Positions 42,127 to 43,533 of a stretch of DNA of 43,533 bases are shown piece by piece. Origin of the DNA: Chloroflexota bacterium (GTDB lineage: Bacteria; Chloroflexota; Anaerolineae; Anaerolineales; UBA4823); assembly GCA_023395675.1 (NCBI GenBank), contig JAEWYL010000205.1, positions 1-43,533 of the forward strand, written 5' to 3'. The notes below the pieces were generated by a model, which searched no databases, had not been told where the DNA came from, and saw only the letters and a list, made by a program, of their open reading frames with translations. Position 1 is the stretch's first letter. Each line of letters starts with the position of its first letter. A program made the translations under genes and the position numbers.

Positions 42127-42287
42127 CCCGAACCTCCCCTGTCAAACCGGTAATTCCCCCTCATCGCTGATGGTTTAATTATAACCGGGCTTTGCCCACC
42201 TCTGCCTCAGAGGGCGGCTGGTGGGAAGCGCCTCAACCTGAGCGGAGGCCCACCGGCGGTTAACTCAGCCTGCCAAAACAGGCGTTC

Positions 42288-42296
42288 TGATATAAT
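42288..42296 (+). promoter_or_regulatory. extended -10 promoter element TGaTATAAT for the TolB-like gene
   Basis: TGATATAAT is an exact match to the TGnTATAAT consensus, in the divergent intergenic region. I see no good -35. It favours ATG 42319 (GAGGGA 10 nt upstream) over ATG 42295, which overlaps the -10 box. Confidence 0.4.
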
Positions 42297-42318
42297 GGCC
42301 GCGAGGGACAGCGCGCGG

Positions 42319-43446
42319 ATGAATGACGGCCCGGCCCAACCCATTTCAGTCAATACCATCCTGCTCGCCGCAGGTGCGGTCCTGCTGCTCTGCCTGGTTT
42401 GCGCGGCCGGGTTCCTGATCGCCCAGAATATCCCCTTTGGGGCAGGGAACGCCACCCGCACGGCCCTGGTGGAGCTGTTCGATACCCCGTTCCCCACGCA
42501 GGCCTCGGGCCCCCAGCAGACGGGCGCGCCGGGCGGGACGCAGGGCGCGGTCTTCCCTTCCCCTTCCCCCTTCCCTTCAGCCACCCAGGGCGAGGCCAGC
42601 CCCACCCCGGGTGAAACGCCCCCCACACCCGACTGGGAGAACCCTCCCCCCGGGCAGATTGTGTATACCTGTTTCATTGACGACAACGACGATATCTGCC
42701 TCATGAACGCAGACGGCAGCAATCCGCGCCGCCTCACCGAAGACCCCGCGACCGATTTTTACCCCTCCCTCTCGCCCGATGGGCAGACCGTCGTCTTTTC
42801 TTCCCGCCGCGATGGCAATTTTGAAATCTACAGCATGTTCACCGACGGCTCCGGCTTGGAGAAGCTGACCGATAATATCGGTAACCTGTACGCCCCCGCC
42901 GTCTCACCCAACGGGCAGCGCATCGTCTTCGTGCGCGAGAGCGGCGGCCGGCAGACCCTGTGGATCATGCGCCGGGACGGGGGCAATGTGCGCCCGATCC
43001 GGAACGGGGAGGAGGAAATTGAGGGGATCGACCCGACCTGGTCTCCGGACGGTGAGCTGATCGCCTTCGGAGCGTTTATCGGGAATAACACGCAGCTGGC
43101 GGTGATCAGCGTGAGCGGCTCGATCCCGCAGCCGGTCATCCCCAACGGGCCCGCCATCGGCGGCAGGAACACCTGGTCGCCGGACGGCAGCCGCCTGGCC
43201 TTCTACGCTGGGCCGAGCGGGGACCGGAATATCTTCGTGGTGGACGTGGATGGGGATAACCTGCGCCAGGTCACCGCTGGCGGCGACAATCTGGCGCCCA
43301 GCTTCTCCCCGGATGGGGAATGGCTCGCCTTTACCTCGTACCGGGACGGCAACAACGAGATTTACATCACCCGGGTGGATGGCTCGCAGCCCGTGCGCCT
43401 GACCCGCAACCCCTACCCGGAGTGGCAGCCGCGCTGGGGGCCCTGA
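42319..43446 (+). CDS. membrane-anchored TolB-like beta-propeller (PD40/WD40-like repeats), ~375 aa
   Basis: It has an N-terminal TM anchor (ILLAAGAVLLLCLVCAAGFLI) and a P/S/T linker. At least six PD40 repeats follow (PSLSPDGQTVVFSSRRDGNFEIY, PAVSPNGQRIVFV, PTWSPDGELIAF, TWSPDGSRLAF, PSFSPDGEWLAFTSYRDGNNEIY). It is the only plus-strand gene. The alternative start is 42295. Confidence 0.85.
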   Translation: MNDGPAQPISVNTILLAAGAVLLLCLVCAAGFLIAQNIPFGAGNATRTALVELFDTPFPTQASGPQQTGAPGGTQGAVFPSPSPFPSATQGEASPTPGETPPTPDWENPPPGQIVYTCFIDDNDDICLMNADGSNPRRLTEDPATDFYPSLSPDGQTVVFSSRRDGNFEIYSMFTDGSGLEKLTDNIGNLYAPAVSPNGQRIVFVRESGGRQTLWIMRRDGGNVRPIRNGEEEIEGIDPTWSPDGELIAFGAFIGNNTQLAVISVSGSIPQPVIPNGPAIGGRNTWSPDGSRLAFYAGPSGDRNIFVVDVDGDNLRQVTAGGDNLAPSFSPDGEWLAFTSYRDGNNEIYITRVDGSQPVRLTRNPYPEWQPRWGP

Positions 43447-43493
43447 GACAGTCATCTAGCAGCCAGAATAGATCAATTGAGTACAAGCTGTGT

Positions 43494-43524
43494 GGGGGGG
43501 CGGGGCGCGCGGGGCCCCCCCGCG
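43494..43524 (+). terminator. very GC-rich hairpin downstream of the TolB-like gene (terminator-like, no U tract)
   Basis: G7 (43494-43500) can pair with C7 (43515-43521). Alternatively CGCGGGG (43508-43514) pairs with CCCCGCG (43518-43524). It starts 48 nt after the stop. The window ends 9 nt later, so the downstream context is unseen. Confidence 0.35.
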
Positions 43525-43533
43525 TGGGATAAA

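Noticed and set aside
43451-43533. Possible fifth copy of the repeat family at the window end (AGAATAGAT ... TGTGGGGGGG ... CCCCCCC ... GGGATAAA resembles copy A).
   Set aside because: The similarity is limited to short strings, and the element is cut by the window edge. I kept it only as a GC-rich hairpin feature, not as a repeat copy.
1-43533. Scan for CRISPR arrays, tRNA/rRNA genes, integrases, transposases, and toxin-antitoxin or known defence genes.
   Set aside because: I found no spaced direct-repeat array, no cloverleaf-like or rRNA-like stretch, and no ORF with recombinase, transposase or defence-system motifs. The scan was by eye only, so small RNAs could have been missed.

Overview
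This is a high-GC bacterial chromosomal window (roughly two-thirds G+C by eye, not computed). I support 42 protein genes, 41 of them on the minus strand. I saw no rRNA, tRNA, CRISPR array, transposase or integrase. The lineage is unknown; Pro/Thr-linker lipoproteins and the gene content would fit a Chloroflexota-like anaerobe, but that is a weak guess.

The centrepiece is a long co-directional redox locus on the minus strand (about 6.6-23.3 kb). Its gene order is fdhD, DRTGG, CBS-pair/GHKL kinase-like, DRTGG, PHP, then [NuoE-like, GHKL ATPase, HndB-like, NuoF-like with ferredoxin tail], then [hoxE, hoxF, long hoxU, hoxY, hoxH, hoxW], then a 933-codon formate dehydrogenase catalytic subunit.
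- The formate dehydrogenase gene is interrupted by an in-frame TGA (8342-8344) at the canonical selenocysteine position, followed by a SECIS-like hairpin.
- The gene string ends in a textbook intrinsic terminator (6606-6643).
- The locus therefore combines one Sec-FDH, one soluble group-3-type [NiFe] hydrogenase and two different NuoE/NuoF flavin modules. It also carries the regulator set normally seen next to [FeFe] HydABC operons, yet no [FeFe] catalytic subunit is present.
- I propose it as a candidate soluble formate/H2/NAD(H)(/ferredoxin) module. This is the most interesting thing in the window.

A second notable signal is an 87-nt nested-palindrome repeat family with at least four intergenic copies.

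The rest is housekeeping or accessory:
- Core metabolism and transport: prs, two MFS transporters, an esterase, a GH13 glucosidase, a prolyl oligopeptidase and an NBR1-like lipoprotein.
- Smaller accessory genes: a NUDIX hydrolase coupled to a barrel-only pyruvate-kinase-like gene, an iodotyrosine-deiodinase-like flavoprotein and a stand-alone GyrA C-terminal beta-pinwheel.
- A tightly overlapped dinB-CPBP-S33-ABC2 string.
- Remaining genes: rtcA, an RluE-like synthase, an M28 peptidase with membrane-hairpin insertions and a TolB-like propeller.

All family calls come from motif recognition by eye. No searches, folding or statistics were run.
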